DNA from: Bacteroidales bacterium | GTDB lineage: Bacteria > Bacteroidota > Bacteroidia > Bacteroidales > UBA1715 | Assembly (NCBI GenBank): GCA_045599365.1 | Contig: JAZRVS010000129.1 | Coordinates: 1,684-65,683 of the forward strand | Length of the DNA: 64,000 bases | Reading direction: 5' to 3' | Shown: positions 52,745 through 62,531 of the stretch, in pieces | Layout: each line of letters opens with the position of its first letter | Position numbering within the stretch: the first letter of the stretch is position 1 | Notes under the pieces: model-generated | Told to the model about the DNA's origin: nothing | Databases searched by the model: none | Seen by the model: only the letters and a program-made list of their open reading frames with translations | Translations under genes and position numbers: made by a program

Positions 52745-52767
52745 AGCCTCCTCTTTTGGAGGAGGCT
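52745..52767 (-). terminator. terminator/attenuator-like hairpin after the major capsid gene
   Basis: AGCCTCCTC / GAGGAGGCT, a 9-bp perfect stem with a 5-nt loop. Only a short T-run (TTT) follows on the minus strand. Confidence 0.5.
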
Positions 52768-52777
52768 CTATTTAGTT

Positions 52778-53947
52778 TTAAGCTTGTGTTCTATATGTTA
52801 ACAAGTAACGAGTTTTCGGGAAAATCAAACTGTAACCTGTGTTCTCTGTACGAACATAAGTAATTGTTTGGTTCATAACTGCTCTTGTTTCTTCTTCAAT
52901 ACGAGAACCAGCTTCCACTAATTCTTCAATCGTTTCTTCTTTATTGAAGCATAACAATTTGCCAGCTGGAACATTTGTGTTCAACACAAATTTTAATGGC
53001 ATAAAGAGGTTTTGTTGTAAGGATAAACCAACACCACCTTTGCCAGCTAATTGGTCAGCATTGTAAGCTGAAGAAATAGCAGCTGTACCAAATAATTTGA
53101 CAAATTGAGCATAAGCGTCTAAGTTACCAGCGATTGTGTTAATTGGGTTTTTGTCACGTAATGCACGCATAGCGATTTCCATTAACATATCGTATGTTAA
53201 ATCAGAACTTGTCGTAGCACCAGTTGCCGTAACAGCGATAGCACCAGCATTTGTGCCGTCACCATTTAACATAATACCTGTACAAGCAGATAATTTAGAA
53301 GCGTTCAAGTCACGTTCAATACGAGCAGCAAACGGAGTAATTAAATCTAAAGCGTTTCTGCGATTGAATTCGTATGTCATTTCAACACCAGAACCGTGTT
53401 TGTAAATTTTCACGGAACGTTCGCTCATTGTCACACGATGGACAGGGATGCGAGAACCTTCTGGAACACCGTATGTTTTACGGTCTTCGTCTGTGTCTTT
53501 ACCAATAACACGGACTAATTCAACGCCACGAATTGTACGTGAACCAGAAATCATATTTTCAACGCTTTCTAAGTTGTCCAAACGATTTTCCCAACGTAAC
53601 ACAGAGTCAATCGTATATGGGAATAAAATACGAGTACCTGGTTTTGTTGTGAATGTGTCAGAAGCTTGAGCTAATGTGATTTGATTACGGTAATCGTTTT
53701 TACCAGGTAATCCCAATTTAGCACAAGTCATTTCATAACCACTTAAACCGTTAGCGTGAGCTTTTGCTTCTTCGCCTTCTGATAAATCAACTGCTAAATC
53801 CAAAAAGTCTTTTAAGTTGATGCCATAATCAGCTGCTTCACGAGATAATGATAAACCAGCTTCGCGAGATTTTGTTTCAGAATCGTCTAACAAAGGTTTT
53901 ACGATGTCTTCAAGTTTTCTTTTTTTAATTTTTGTAATCGGTTCCAT
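52778..53947 (-). CDS. major capsid protein
   Basis: 389 aa, after the scaffold and DUF2190-like genes and followed by a hairpin. Called from position and size. Confidence 0.75.
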   Translation of the reverse strand: MEPITKIKKRKLEDIVKPLLDDSETKSREAGLSLSREAADYGINLKDFLDLAVDLSEGEEAKAHANGLSGYEMTCAKLGLPGKNDYRNQITLAQASDTFTTKPGTRILFPYTIDSVLRWENRLDNLESVENMISGSRTIRGVELVRVIGKDTDEDRKTYGVPEGSRIPVHRVTMSERSVKIYKHGSGVEMTYEFNRRNALDLITPFAARIERDLNASKLSACTGIMLNGDGTNAGAIAVTATGATTSSDLTYDMLMEIAMRALRDKNPINTIAGNLDAYAQFVKLFGTAAISSAYNADQLAGKGGVGLSLQQNLFMPLKFVLNTNVPAGKLLCFNKEETIEELVEAGSRIEEETRAVMNQTITYVRTENTGYSLIFPKTRYLLTYRTQA

Positions 53948-53958
53948 TTTCTAGCTCC

Positions 53959-54369
53959 TTATAAAACACAAACTGTTACTGTTTTGTTTGTTGTGTCAAC
54001 TGCCCAAACACGAAGTCCTTGAACGGCTGTGTCACCAGTTGTTTTCTTACGAACTTTACCACCAGCAGCACCAACAACCATATCACCAACAGAGATTGAT
54101 TGACCGTCAGCATAAGCTAATTTGTAGCCACCTTTTGTTTCAACAGTAGCGACAACAGAACCACCTTGTTCAGTTCTATCTTCAACCATAAAGAGTCTTC
54201 CTAAAATTTCGTCACCGTCAGTTGCAATTTTAACAGATTCTGCAGCAGATGTATCTTGTGTAACAGCTAATCCGATTACAGCGTCAATATCAGAAACAGT
54301 ATCAGTCAAATTGAATGCGAGTCTAAAATCAGGAAAAACTTGTCCATTTAATGTAATTTCAAATGCCAT
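53959..54369 (-). CDS. DUF2190-like head decoration/cement protein, putative
   Basis: 136 aa. Pattern ...IGLAVTQDTSA...GEILGRLF...VGDMVVGAAGGKV resembles the DUF2190 family, usually found just upstream of the capsid gene. Confidence 0.55.
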   Translation of the reverse strand: MAFEITLNGQVFPDFRLAFNLTDTVSDIDAVIGLAVTQDTSAAESVKIATDGDEILGRLFMVEDRTEQGGSVVATVETKGGYKLAYADGQSISVGDMVVGAAGGKVRKKTTGDTAVQGLRVWAVDTTNKTVTVCVL

Positions 54370-54386
54370 TTTTTGTTCCTTTCATA

Positions 54387-55607
54387 TTATTTGACTTGAA
54401 ATGCCTTTAGTTGCTCAGCACTGTATTCGCCAAAGAAAGCTTCTTTTTTAGAATCTTTGTTTTCAAATTGTGCTGACACACCACCTGCTGGGATTAAGGA
54501 AGCCAATAATTGCTGACCTTTTCCGAGCACTTCAGAAATCCCATTCAAGTCTTCTGGGACTTCTTCGTTATTTGAGCCAGAAGCCACTAAAACTTTTTTA
54601 ACTTCTTCTCTCAAAAAATTCATAACCTTACCACTTTCCTCTTTTTCAGAAGATAATTGACTTTCTAATTCGTCTTTACCTTCTTTTAAAGATAAAAGTT
54701 CAGTTTCTTTTTCAGCTAATTTAGCTTCTAAGTCAGCAATTTGACTTTCTTTTTCAGCTAATTTAGCTTCCATTTCTTTGATTTTTTCTTGTAAGTCAAG
54801 TTTGGCATTAGCTTCAGCTAATTTTGTTTCCAAATCTTTGACTTTTTCCTCTAAATCCACAGCAGGAGCTACCACTTCTTCTGTGGCTTGAGATTGTACT
54901 AATTCTTCGTTTGCCATTAAAGCTTTCTCCATTTTTTCAAAACAAACAACCAATTTGTTTGGCTTACCACCACTAGCAGCCAACAAATAACTTTGTTCTT
55001 TTGGATTATCCAAAATTTTTGGTTTGTTTGCTGCACCTCTGTTGACTATTGACGTTTCTGAAAAATGTTCAGCACCGTTCAATATCAAATGAGTTCCGTC
55101 TTTTCCAATAGTATGTCCTTCTGGACAAGTCATTGAAAACCAATGTTCCATATCAGCTTCATCACTCATATAATCAAAGCCACATTTATTGCATTTTGCT
55201 TCTTTTGCTGTGAAACTGACTGAAACTTCGTCTAACACATTGTTCTCAATTTTAGCAATAACAGATTTTGTTTCTTCTGTTTTTAAAATCGCCATATAAA
55301 GAATTAAAGATTTTACACCACCTTCATCTTGAACTCGTGAAAAGAAACATCTTCCAACACTCAAAGACTCGTGGTCGTGCATAATAGCCACACCAACATT
55401 GTTATTAGTATTGTTAACTTCATCTGATAAATCAAAAATAACTTGCTCTGTTGGAACAGCTCCGTCAAAAATTGTTCCTTGATGTAAAGGTTCTGTACTG
55501 ATTGCCCTAACTTTAATACAATAAAAATTTGAAGGTTCTACTTCTTCGCCAAATTTGTCTTTAAATCTGTCTAACAACTCACCACTTAAAATCAATTCTT
55601 TACTCAT
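54387..55607 (-). CDS. scaffolding protein (possible N-terminal protease-like domain)
   Basis: Lies between portal and capsid. Cys pairs CNKCGF...CPEGH. C-terminal coiled-coil with repeated KLAE(A/K)..(K/E)L. Confidence 0.6.
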   Translation of the reverse strand: MSKELILSGELLDRFKDKFGEEVEPSNFYCIKVRAISTEPLHQGTIFDGAVPTEQVIFDLSDEVNNTNNNVGVAIMHDHESLSVGRCFFSRVQDEGGVKSLILYMAILKTEETKSVIAKIENNVLDEVSVSFTAKEAKCNKCGFDYMSDEADMEHWFSMTCPEGHTIGKDGTHLILNGAEHFSETSIVNRGAANKPKILDNPKEQSYLLAASGGKPNKLVVCFEKMEKALMANEELVQSQATEEVVAPAVDLEEKVKDLETKLAEANAKLDLQEKIKEMEAKLAEKESQIADLEAKLAEKETELLSLKEGKDELESQLSSEKEESGKVMNFLREEVKKVLVASGSNNEEVPEDLNGISEVLGKGQQLLASLIPAGGVSAQFENKDSKKEAFFGEYSAEQLKAFQVK

Positions 55608-55649
55608 AATATACCTCGCTTTTTCATTGATAAAACATTTTAGTTAAAT

Positions 55650-55680
55650 TTTCAATAGTTATTTTTTAACAGAACTTAAC
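55650..55680. repeat. 31-bp element, copy B
   Basis: See 49790-49820. It lies between the portal stop and the scaffold start. Confidence 0.8.
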
Positions 55681-57149
55681 TATTTGTTCACATTGGAGTC
55701 AGCTGAGTCTGCGTCTTGAGGTGTTAAAGAACGACCTAAGGAATTGTCACGAGTTGTTTCACCAACAGCTGATTCATCGCCAGCACTATCTTGAGCGTCT
55801 AAAAAGTTAGTGCCAGATAATTCTGGAGCTGTATCAAGTGGAGCTCGTCCATACATTTCCATAGCGTATTCTTCGTCTGAAATAATACCCAATGACAAAT
55901 CTTTTTGTAAGCGAGTTTGCTTTTGAATACGCATAGCTTCCAACTCCAAGTCTGGACGAAGTTCAGCTGGAGCAAACCAGAAGGTAACAAAACCGTCAAA
56001 ACCAGCCATACGTAATGCGAGTGTCATACAACGTGACAACAAGTCAGCAATCGGCTTGTTTAATGTGTCAGCACTCAAACTGAAAATACGGCTTTCAACT
56101 GAAGCTGTATTAACGCCAGCTTCGCCACGACCTAAAACAGTAGGTACAACTTTCAAGCTGGCTTGGTTTTGAGCGTTCAATGTTTCAATAATTTCTTCAA
56201 CTTGTAACGCAGCACCTGGATTTTTCTCGTTTAAGATAGAAACTTTAATGCTGTCTGTGTGAGCAAACGGAGAATCAGCACGAATATCAGAAAATCTAGC
56301 TGCAATTTGATTTAATTGACGATTTACCCACTCGTTAAATTTACGTTTGTCGTTTTTCAATTCGTCTGGACAACGATTTTTCAAAATTTCTTCAACAACT
56401 TCCAATGTAACTCTTGGAAAACCAGTAATTCTCATAATTCTATACAAATCATTGATAACCGTTTGTCTTGCTGCAATCGTGTTAATCGCTGAAGTGAAGA
56501 AAGAATATGAATAAACATCTGTCGGGTCTTGTTTATATCTCGTTGTGAAAAATGTCGGAATATCCAAACTCGTTTCGTCAACGTTATCTGTTTCTTGAAC
56601 TGGCTTAAACTCACCAGAAGATTTTTCAATAAATTTGACAGTTGCCATATCAACACAACGAATTGTTGAAGGTTGCATTGTCTTATCATAAATAAGTTCA
56701 GCTCCGACAGAACCTCTCATTAACAACAAATAACGCAAGTTGTTCAAAAATTCATTTAAAGACGGCTTTGATTGATAACCCAAAGTATAATCGGTAATTG
56801 AAAAAATGCGATAAAGAAGAGAATATAATAATGATTGTCCGTCTTTGCTGACTTGCCCTTGCGAATCTCTAACTTGATATAATAATTTTGTATCGGCAAC
56901 TGTTAAATAAGCATTAGCTGCAGCACTAACATCTGGGTCAGTGCGCATAAGATTTTTAACCAACTCCATACTGTTATCTGAAACACGGCTTTCTTGAATG
57001 TCAGTTAAATGCTCTTGATATTCGGGTAAAGTTAACGCTTCACTTGTGTTTGAAGGGTCAAAACTGTCAGTTATACTTACCCCACCAGCTCTTTGTTTGC
57101 TTTTAGGCAGGATAAACTCAAACATTTTACTTAAACTTGTCGTTGCCAT
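55680..57149 (-). CDS. portal protein
   Basis: 489 aa, immediately downstream of the large terminase. Confidence 0.75.
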   Translation of the reverse strand: MATTSLSKMFEFILPKSKQRAGGVSITDSFDPSNTSEALTLPEYQEHLTDIQESRVSDNSMELVKNLMRTDPDVSAAANAYLTVADTKLLYQVRDSQGQVSKDGQSLLYSLLYRIFSITDYTLGYQSKPSLNEFLNNLRYLLLMRGSVGAELIYDKTMQPSTIRCVDMATVKFIEKSSGEFKPVQETDNVDETSLDIPTFFTTRYKQDPTDVYSYSFFTSAINTIAARQTVINDLYRIMRITGFPRVTLEVVEEILKNRCPDELKNDKRKFNEWVNRQLNQIAARFSDIRADSPFAHTDSIKVSILNEKNPGAALQVEEIIETLNAQNQASLKVVPTVLGRGEAGVNTASVESRIFSLSADTLNKPIADLLSRCMTLALRMAGFDGFVTFWFAPAELRPDLELEAMRIQKQTRLQKDLSLGIISDEEYAMEMYGRAPLDTAPELSGTNFLDAQDSAGDESAVGETTRDNSLGRSLTPQDADSADSNVNK

Positions 57150-57150
57150 T

Positions 57151-58866
57151 TTACCATCGCTTTCGTATTGTATTGTTAAATCTTCTGTTAGAATACTCTA
57201 ATAAATCGTCATTGTAAAGCTCTTTTTGAGCTCCACCAAAATCTAACCACTCTCTCGTTTCTTTTGTTTCGTTCAAACCAATTTCAAAGTTTCCGATTTC
57301 AATGGCTATGAACGAATATGCTAATGCGTGGAAAAAGTGGTCGTTCCCTCTAATCTTTTTCCAAATAGGCTGTTTGTCGGCATTGGAATCATCTCTAAAC
57401 ATATCTCTTAAATGCTCAATCAAAACATTTTGATATGTGGTGTAGCCATACAATTCCAAGAAACCAGAGTTAATTCCTTGCATAATTAAATCCAAAGCAT
57501 TAGTTCTGTTTGCTCTGTAATATGATATTTCTCCGGCAACCTCTTTTACTGGTTCAACCGTTTTACCGTAGCTATATTCAATCGGAAAAATTCTTCGGTT
57601 TGACATATCTCTTATTTCATTTGATGTCGGAGTATATGGGTATCTATCAATAGCTCCATAGACAATGTTGTATTTCTTACACAATTCTTCAACTGTCGGT
57701 TTCAACGCCTCTGGAGGAACTGCTGTGAAATAAAAAGCGTGTCTTTTACTTGTTGACAAAACAATGTGACAAGAACTACCCATATCAATTCCAATAAAAA
57801 CAGGTGTTGCACTATTTATTTCAGGAACACGACTTTCTTTCATACAAGCAATAATCGCAGATTTATCTAATCGTGTCTGCGAGTCGCTGTATTCTTCTCC
57901 TAATACGGTGTTAATTCCACGTCTTATTTCGTTTTTCTTAATAAAGTCTGCCATTGTCGTTACCAAATATCTAATTGATAAAACACTTGAAGAAAATGGT
58001 CTTACCCAATATCCGTGTGTATATCTATCAGGAAATTCGGCAACCCATTCTCGTCTATCTCCATTTGAAAGCTCTTTAATCGGCTTTCCACACTTTTCAC
58101 AGAACACGTAAGCGTTGTCTAAATCTAATCCAGCTACAATGCTTTCTGTTAATTCTGTTTTTAAATCTGTAACTTCATCTGGCAAACCTGGAATGTGAAC
58201 AAAAGCTCTGTCATACAACGGAACTTGCCAATGCCCACAATGTTCACATTTATAAAAGTATTCTCTTTTGTCAGAACTCTCATATTCCAAAGAAATTCCG
58301 TAACCAGAAAACGTTGGCGTTGAAAAACCGTGCTTTATTTTATAATCTGAACCCTGAATACGAGAATTAACTAACGCCAAGAACTCTTGGTTTGACAAAT
58401 CGTACTCGTCATTCATAATAAAGTCAACTGCAGTTGACGTAGCCGACGATTCGGTGTTCGCCGATATATATAAAAACGAATCGTTTAATTGCATAACGTC
58501 ATTATTTCTAATATCTTCTTTTCTAGCTGGAAAATCGTTATCAAAAATCGGCTTAATACGAGTTTGTGCCTGAATTTTCTTCATAACTAAATCAGGATAA
58601 GTGTATAAACCAGTAACTCCTTTGTTTCGTGCCAAGAAACCTATCATTTTTCTGTAGTTAATCTCAGATAAACCAACCTGTGATAACTTTTTAACACAAA
58701 CAGAGGGGTGCATATCGTCAGCAATCGCCTTTTGAAAGGGATATTTTGTAAAAGAAAACTTATTTCCTGCACGAGTCGTATTCGCACAAATCCAATCGCC
58801 CATTGTAGCAACTGCAGCTCTTTCTTTTAGTCTGTTTGCAAATCTTTCTAAATAGTCGTTTGCCAT
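57151..58866 (-). CDS. terL: terminase large subunit (GpA-like)
   Basis: Trimmed to MANDYLERF... with an AAGGAG RBS. VCVKKLSQVGLSEI matches the GpA-type K.aQ.G.SE ATPase motif. Cys pairs CEHCGHW...CEKCGKP. Confidence 0.85.
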   Translation of the reverse strand: MANDYLERFANRLKERAAVATMGDWICANTTRAGNKFSFTKYPFQKAIADDMHPSVCVKKLSQVGLSEINYRKMIGFLARNKGVTGLYTYPDLVMKKIQAQTRIKPIFDNDFPARKEDIRNNDVMQLNDSFLYISANTESSATSTAVDFIMNDEYDLSNQEFLALVNSRIQGSDYKIKHGFSTPTFSGYGISLEYESSDKREYFYKCEHCGHWQVPLYDRAFVHIPGLPDEVTDLKTELTESIVAGLDLDNAYVFCEKCGKPIKELSNGDRREWVAEFPDRYTHGYWVRPFSSSVLSIRYLVTTMADFIKKNEIRRGINTVLGEEYSDSQTRLDKSAIIACMKESRVPEINSATPVFIGIDMGSSCHIVLSTSKRHAFYFTAVPPEALKPTVEELCKKYNIVYGAIDRYPYTPTSNEIRDMSNRRIFPIEYSYGKTVEPVKEVAGEISYYRANRTNALDLIMQGINSGFLELYGYTTYQNVLIEHLRDMFRDDSNADKQPIWKKIRGNDHFFHALAYSFIAIEIGNFEIGLNETKETREWLDFGGAQKELYNDDLLEYSNRRFNNTIRKRW

Positions 58867-58925
58867 ATCAACTCCTTGATTTTTATAGATTAGCAAAAAA
58901 ATTTTAAAAAAGCAACATTTTTTTC

Positions 58926-58955
58926 TTGACTTATTTTGTAAAAGTGTGCCATAGT
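58926..58955 (+). promoter_or_regulatory. sigma70-type promoter of the rightward replication arm
   Basis: TTGACT 58926-58931, 18 nt, TGcCATAGT 58947-58955. GTGTGCCA is repeated at 58944 and 58954. CTTGACT (58925) pairs with AGTCAAG (58961) as an inverted repeat. Confidence 0.55.
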
Positions 58956-58986
58956 GTGCCAGTCAAGAAAAGAAAGTGAGGAAATT

Positions 58987-59433
58987 ATGAATTTATCTAA
59001 AATGTTTTCGTTGTTGAACAGACACAATGTTATCTGTTTTAACAAAAAGAACGAATTATCAAGGCATTGGATATACCAAAATTGCAATAGCATTGAAAGA
59101 AACAAATTTGTAAGAGAACTTCTCAGTTGTTTAGACGTACAAAGTGTTCGGTATGACGGTTCTTGTTTAAAGAAAAAATGTAACATTGACCGTTGTGTTA
59201 ACCCAGATTGTTATGAAGTTTGCTTTAGAAAAAAAGATTCTATATCAAACAGTTTTTCTTACGAAGATATGCTTGATTTAGCTGAAATGATTGATTTAGA
59301 GAAGATATGCCAGATTGGTGAAAAGAAATACTTAGAGATTTTCAATAATGAACAACCAGATTTTCTTAAAATAACAATGAAAGACCTTAAAAAAACAATA
59401 GAATTTGTTAAAATGAAAGAAAAGGAGATATAA
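58987..59433 (+). CDS. hypothetical Cys-rich protein (degenerate His-Me-finger-like Cx3CVNPxC)
   Basis: GTGAGGA RBS. CNIDRCVNPDCYEV resembles the C...CVNP.HL motif of HNH-type homing endonucleases but lacks the His. Confidence 0.5.
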   Translation: MNLSKMFSLLNRHNVICFNKKNELSRHWIYQNCNSIERNKFVRELLSCLDVQSVRYDGSCLKKKCNIDRCVNPDCYEVCFRKKDSISNSFSYEDMLDLAEMIDLEKICQIGEKKYLEIFNNEQPDFLKITMKDLKKTIEFVKMKEKEI

Positions 59434-59633
59434 TGTTAAAATATAATGTTAAAGAATTTGCCGAAATGTTAGGCATTTCAAGACGTACTATGTACCGATA
59501 TATTGAACGTGGTGACATTACGCCAAAAACAAACTTTAGAGGAAAACGCTTTTTCACAGCTGACCAATTGGAAGAATATCAAAACTTAATAAACGAGGAA
59601 AAAGAAAATGGAATATCCACAGATAGAATTTAA
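59433..59633 (+). CDS. MerR/excisionase-type HTH DNA-binding protein
   Basis: VKEFAEMLGISRRTMYRYIERGDI is the classical excisionase/AlpA-family HTH. Confidence 0.75.
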   Translation: MLKYNVKEFAEMLGISRRTMYRYIERGDITPKTNFRGKRFFTADQLEEYQNLINEEKENGISTDRI

Positions 59634-60030
59634 AAAAGTGTACGAACTGCTTTCATTTATGCTTGAATTAAAGAAAAATCCAAGTTTGTTAGATAAAGCT
59701 CCGTATGATGATATGACAAAAAAAGCGTTGTCAGATGTTCTTCTTAAAAAATATTCAGATGACGATACTTCAAAGAAAAACTTACACGACGTTGACATTG
59801 AAGAAGAAACAGTGCGTTTATACGAATCAATGCAGTTAATTGATATTAAAGAAGATTTAGACCCTCGTGAACAAATCGCTTTAATCAAATTGAAGACAAC
59901 CACATTAAAAGATTTGCTGGATATGATGAAAGAATCCAAAGAAATCAAAAATGTAAGACAATTTGAAAACGCTGTTTTAGAAATATTAACAGAAGAACAA
60001 GCAAATAGAGTTATTGACTTAATTAAATAG
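59608..60030 (+). CDS. hypothetical protein
   Basis: Packed ORF upstream of the primase. Confidence 0.5.
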   Translation: MEYPQIEFKKVYELLSFMLELKKNPSLLDKAPYDDMTKKALSDVLLKKYSDDDTSKKNLHDVDIEEETVRLYESMQLIDIKEDLDPREQIALIKLKTTTLKDLLDMMKESKEIKNVRQFENAVLEILTEEQANRVIDLIK

Positions 60031-60039
60031 GAGTTAATT

Positions 60040-62529
60040 ATGATTTTTAGAGAAAATGCTCCAAAATATTGGGATAAAGGATTACCTGTCATTCCGTTAC
60101 ACAAATGGGACGCACTCAACGCTGACGGAAAATCTATGGGAAAAGCTCCTTGTCCTGCTGGCTGGCAGAGATACTCTGACCAAATGCCAGATAAAGAATC
60201 ACAAGAAAAATGGTTGCAACAATTCAGTGAAAACAATATTGGTTTGCCATTGGGGAAACAATCTCGCTGTGTCGCACTTGATATTGATAGTACAAACGAA
60301 GCAGAAATCGCTTTAATTGACACTCTCGTTCCAAAATCAGCTTGGGTTCGTATTGGTAAAAAAGGAAAAGTATTGATGTTTCGTTACAATGGCGAAAAAA
60401 CTTTCCGTATCAAAGACGAATTAGGGAGAACAATCTGCGAGTTACTCTCTTCTGGAACACAAGTGGTGTTGCCTCCATCAATTCACCCAGATACCAAGCA
60501 ACCTTATGTGGCAAACGCAAACTTATATGATGTAGTTGACCAATTACCACCTTTGCCGAAAAATATTGAAACGTTATTACGTTCAGCATTTGAAGAAAGT
60601 TTGGGAATTAAATTAAACAATTCTGGTTGGACACGAACAGTTGACTACGTGTCACAAGGCTCTCGTGACGTTAAAATGACTTCTGTGGCTGGCGTTTATG
60701 CACAAGCAGTTCTTCGTGGTGAAGTAACATTAAAAGAAGCTATGGATATGTTAGTTGCTTGGTGCTCAACTCAAGTGGAACAAGTGTCAGGTGACCCTGT
60801 TGACGTAAACAAAGGTATCAAAAATCTCGTAAAATTTGTTATGAAAGATGTTCTCGGACCAAAAAAGAAGGTATTGCCAAAAGGCTGGGACGTTGACTTG
60901 AGTGACAAAGAAAAACAAGAACTCGGAATTGACGCAAAAGAAGACATTGAAAGCTGGGACTTTGAAAAAGTGAAACAATATGTCAAAGAACATCTTGAGC
61001 CAACTGAATTAAACTCAGTAGAAAGAAGTAATGTCATTGAATACGTTGTTGAACGAATTGCTCGCTCAAATATGTCAGTTATCCAAGAAGAACAATCAAT
61101 AAAACACTTGGTTAACACAAACAAAGACAGCATTTCAGTTCCGGCTTTAAGAAAACGCATTATTGAACTTCGTTCAAACGGAGTTAGTGGCTTAAATCAC
61201 ACAGAAATCGCAAAAGCTGTGTTAAAAGACATAAATGACCGTATTCCAGACGAGGACCAATACGAAGTACAACGTGAATACAACTCGATTCGCTTTTGGC
61301 GTGACCAATTCTGGAAATGGGGTGGTTCACACTGGGAAACATTGGAAAAAAATGAAATTTTAAAAGAAATTTCTTCAGAATATGGATATTTACCAGCTGC
61401 AAAGAAAAACTCCGACCATTTGGGAATTTACAACGTTATGAAATCTCTTGTTGACCAACAAATTTGTGATGTTGAAACAAAAGGTGTGAATTTCTCAAAC
61501 GGATTTGTTGATGTGAACGGTGAAATACACAAACACGACAAAAAATATGGTTGCACATACACGTTGCCTTATCCATATTCACCAGAAAAAGCAAGTTTGG
61601 ACAATTCACCGAAATTCAAAAAGTTGCTTCAATCATATTGGAACACCGACTCTGACTACGAAGACAAAGTTAAAGCATTACAAGAGGCTTTTGCAGTCAC
61701 TATCTTCGGATATGGACCATCCTTTGCACGAGCTGTATTGCTTTACGGAATTGCTGGGTCAGGGAAAAGCCAAGTGTTGACAGTATTATCAAATTTATTG
61801 CCAACTGAGGTAACATCTTGCGTCACACCATACGATTTTGACAATGGCTTTTATTTAGCGTCTTTATCCACTTCATATTTAAACATTTGTGGAGAATTAG
61901 ACGAAACAAAATCAATTCCAAGTGCTGTTTTCAAACAAGTAATTGACGGAAGTGAGCTTGAAACGTCTTACAAATTCGGACAAAACTTCAAGTTCAGACC
62001 AAAAGCAACACATTGGTTTGCGTCAAATCACTTACCAAAATCAAAAGATACCACAGAAGGTTTCAATAGACGTTGGTTGGTGCTTGAATTCAACAATGTT
62101 GTTAAAGAAGAAGACAAAATCATTGATATTGGCAGAATAATTGCAGCTGAAGAACGTGAAAGCATTGTTGCGTGGGCAATTTCCACAATGAAAGAAGTTC
62201 GTGACAGAGGTGATTACACATTACCAGACAGCCATTTGAGAATTGTATCTGATATGATTTCTCAAAATAACTCCGTTTTTTTCTATCTGACTTCGGAGGA
62301 AGGACCGAAGAAAGACCAGAATTCCTCAATACAAATAGATACGCTGTACGAAAGTTATCGGAATTTCTGTTACGCCAAAGCAGATGCAAAGCCTGTGGGA
62401 CGGAGGAAATTCTCCTATACGCTAAGAGAACAGGGTATTTTGTACGGCTTCTCAGTGAACAACTTGTTGGTGAATGGACTCACACTGGACAAGGACAAAG
62501 GGACACCTGTCAGAAGGGAAAAAAGATAA
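60040..62529 (+). CDS. bifunctional primase-polymerase (prim-pol) / SF3 helicase (P4-D5 type)
   Basis: N-terminal LPVIPL...GKAPCPAGWQ, VALDIDS and LPPSIHPDT..PY (prim-pol). C-terminal Walker A GIAGSGKSQ and Walker B-like NICGELDE (SF3). Confidence 0.9.
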   Translation: MIFRENAPKYWDKGLPVIPLHKWDALNADGKSMGKAPCPAGWQRYSDQMPDKESQEKWLQQFSENNIGLPLGKQSRCVALDIDSTNEAEIALIDTLVPKSAWVRIGKKGKVLMFRYNGEKTFRIKDELGRTICELLSSGTQVVLPPSIHPDTKQPYVANANLYDVVDQLPPLPKNIETLLRSAFEESLGIKLNNSGWTRTVDYVSQGSRDVKMTSVAGVYAQAVLRGEVTLKEAMDMLVAWCSTQVEQVSGDPVDVNKGIKNLVKFVMKDVLGPKKKVLPKGWDVDLSDKEKQELGIDAKEDIESWDFEKVKQYVKEHLEPTELNSVERSNVIEYVVERIARSNMSVIQEEQSIKHLVNTNKDSISVPALRKRIIELRSNGVSGLNHTEIAKAVLKDINDRIPDEDQYEVQREYNSIRFWRDQFWKWGGSHWETLEKNEILKEISSEYGYLPAAKKNSDHLGIYNVMKSLVDQQICDVETKGVNFSNGFVDVNGEIHKHDKKYGCTYTLPYPYSPEKASLDNSPKFKKLLQSYWNTDSDYEDKVKALQEAFAVTIFGYGPSFARAVLLYGIAGSGKSQVLTVLSNLLPTEVTSCVTPYDFDNGFYLASLSTSYLNICGELDETKSIPSAVFKQVIDGSELETSYKFGQNFKFRPKATHWFASNHLPKSKDTTEGFNRRWLVLEFNNVVKEEDKIIDIGRIIAAEERESIVAWAISTMKEVRDRGDYTLPDSHLRIVSDMISQNNSVFFYLTSEEGPKKDQNSSIQIDTLYESYRNFCYAKADAKPVGRRKFSYTLREQGILYGFSVNNLLVNGLTLDKDKGTPVRREKR

Positions 62530-62531
62530 TC

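Noticed and set aside
58890-59186. 98-aa minus-strand ORF directly upstream of terL, as a candidate small terminase.
   Set aside because: It overlaps the divergent promoter and the + strand ORF 58987-59433. It has no SD, its sequence is low-complexity (F/L/S-rich), and terL has its own AAGGAG RBS at the internal MANDY start.
59586-60323. 245-aa minus-strand ORF, the longest antisense ORF in the track.
   Set aside because: It lies fully antisense to three well-supported + strand genes, including the prim-pol domain with clear motifs. Its sequence is low-complexity (S/F/I/L-rich), as expected from reading an AT-rich coding strand backwards. It has no RBS context.
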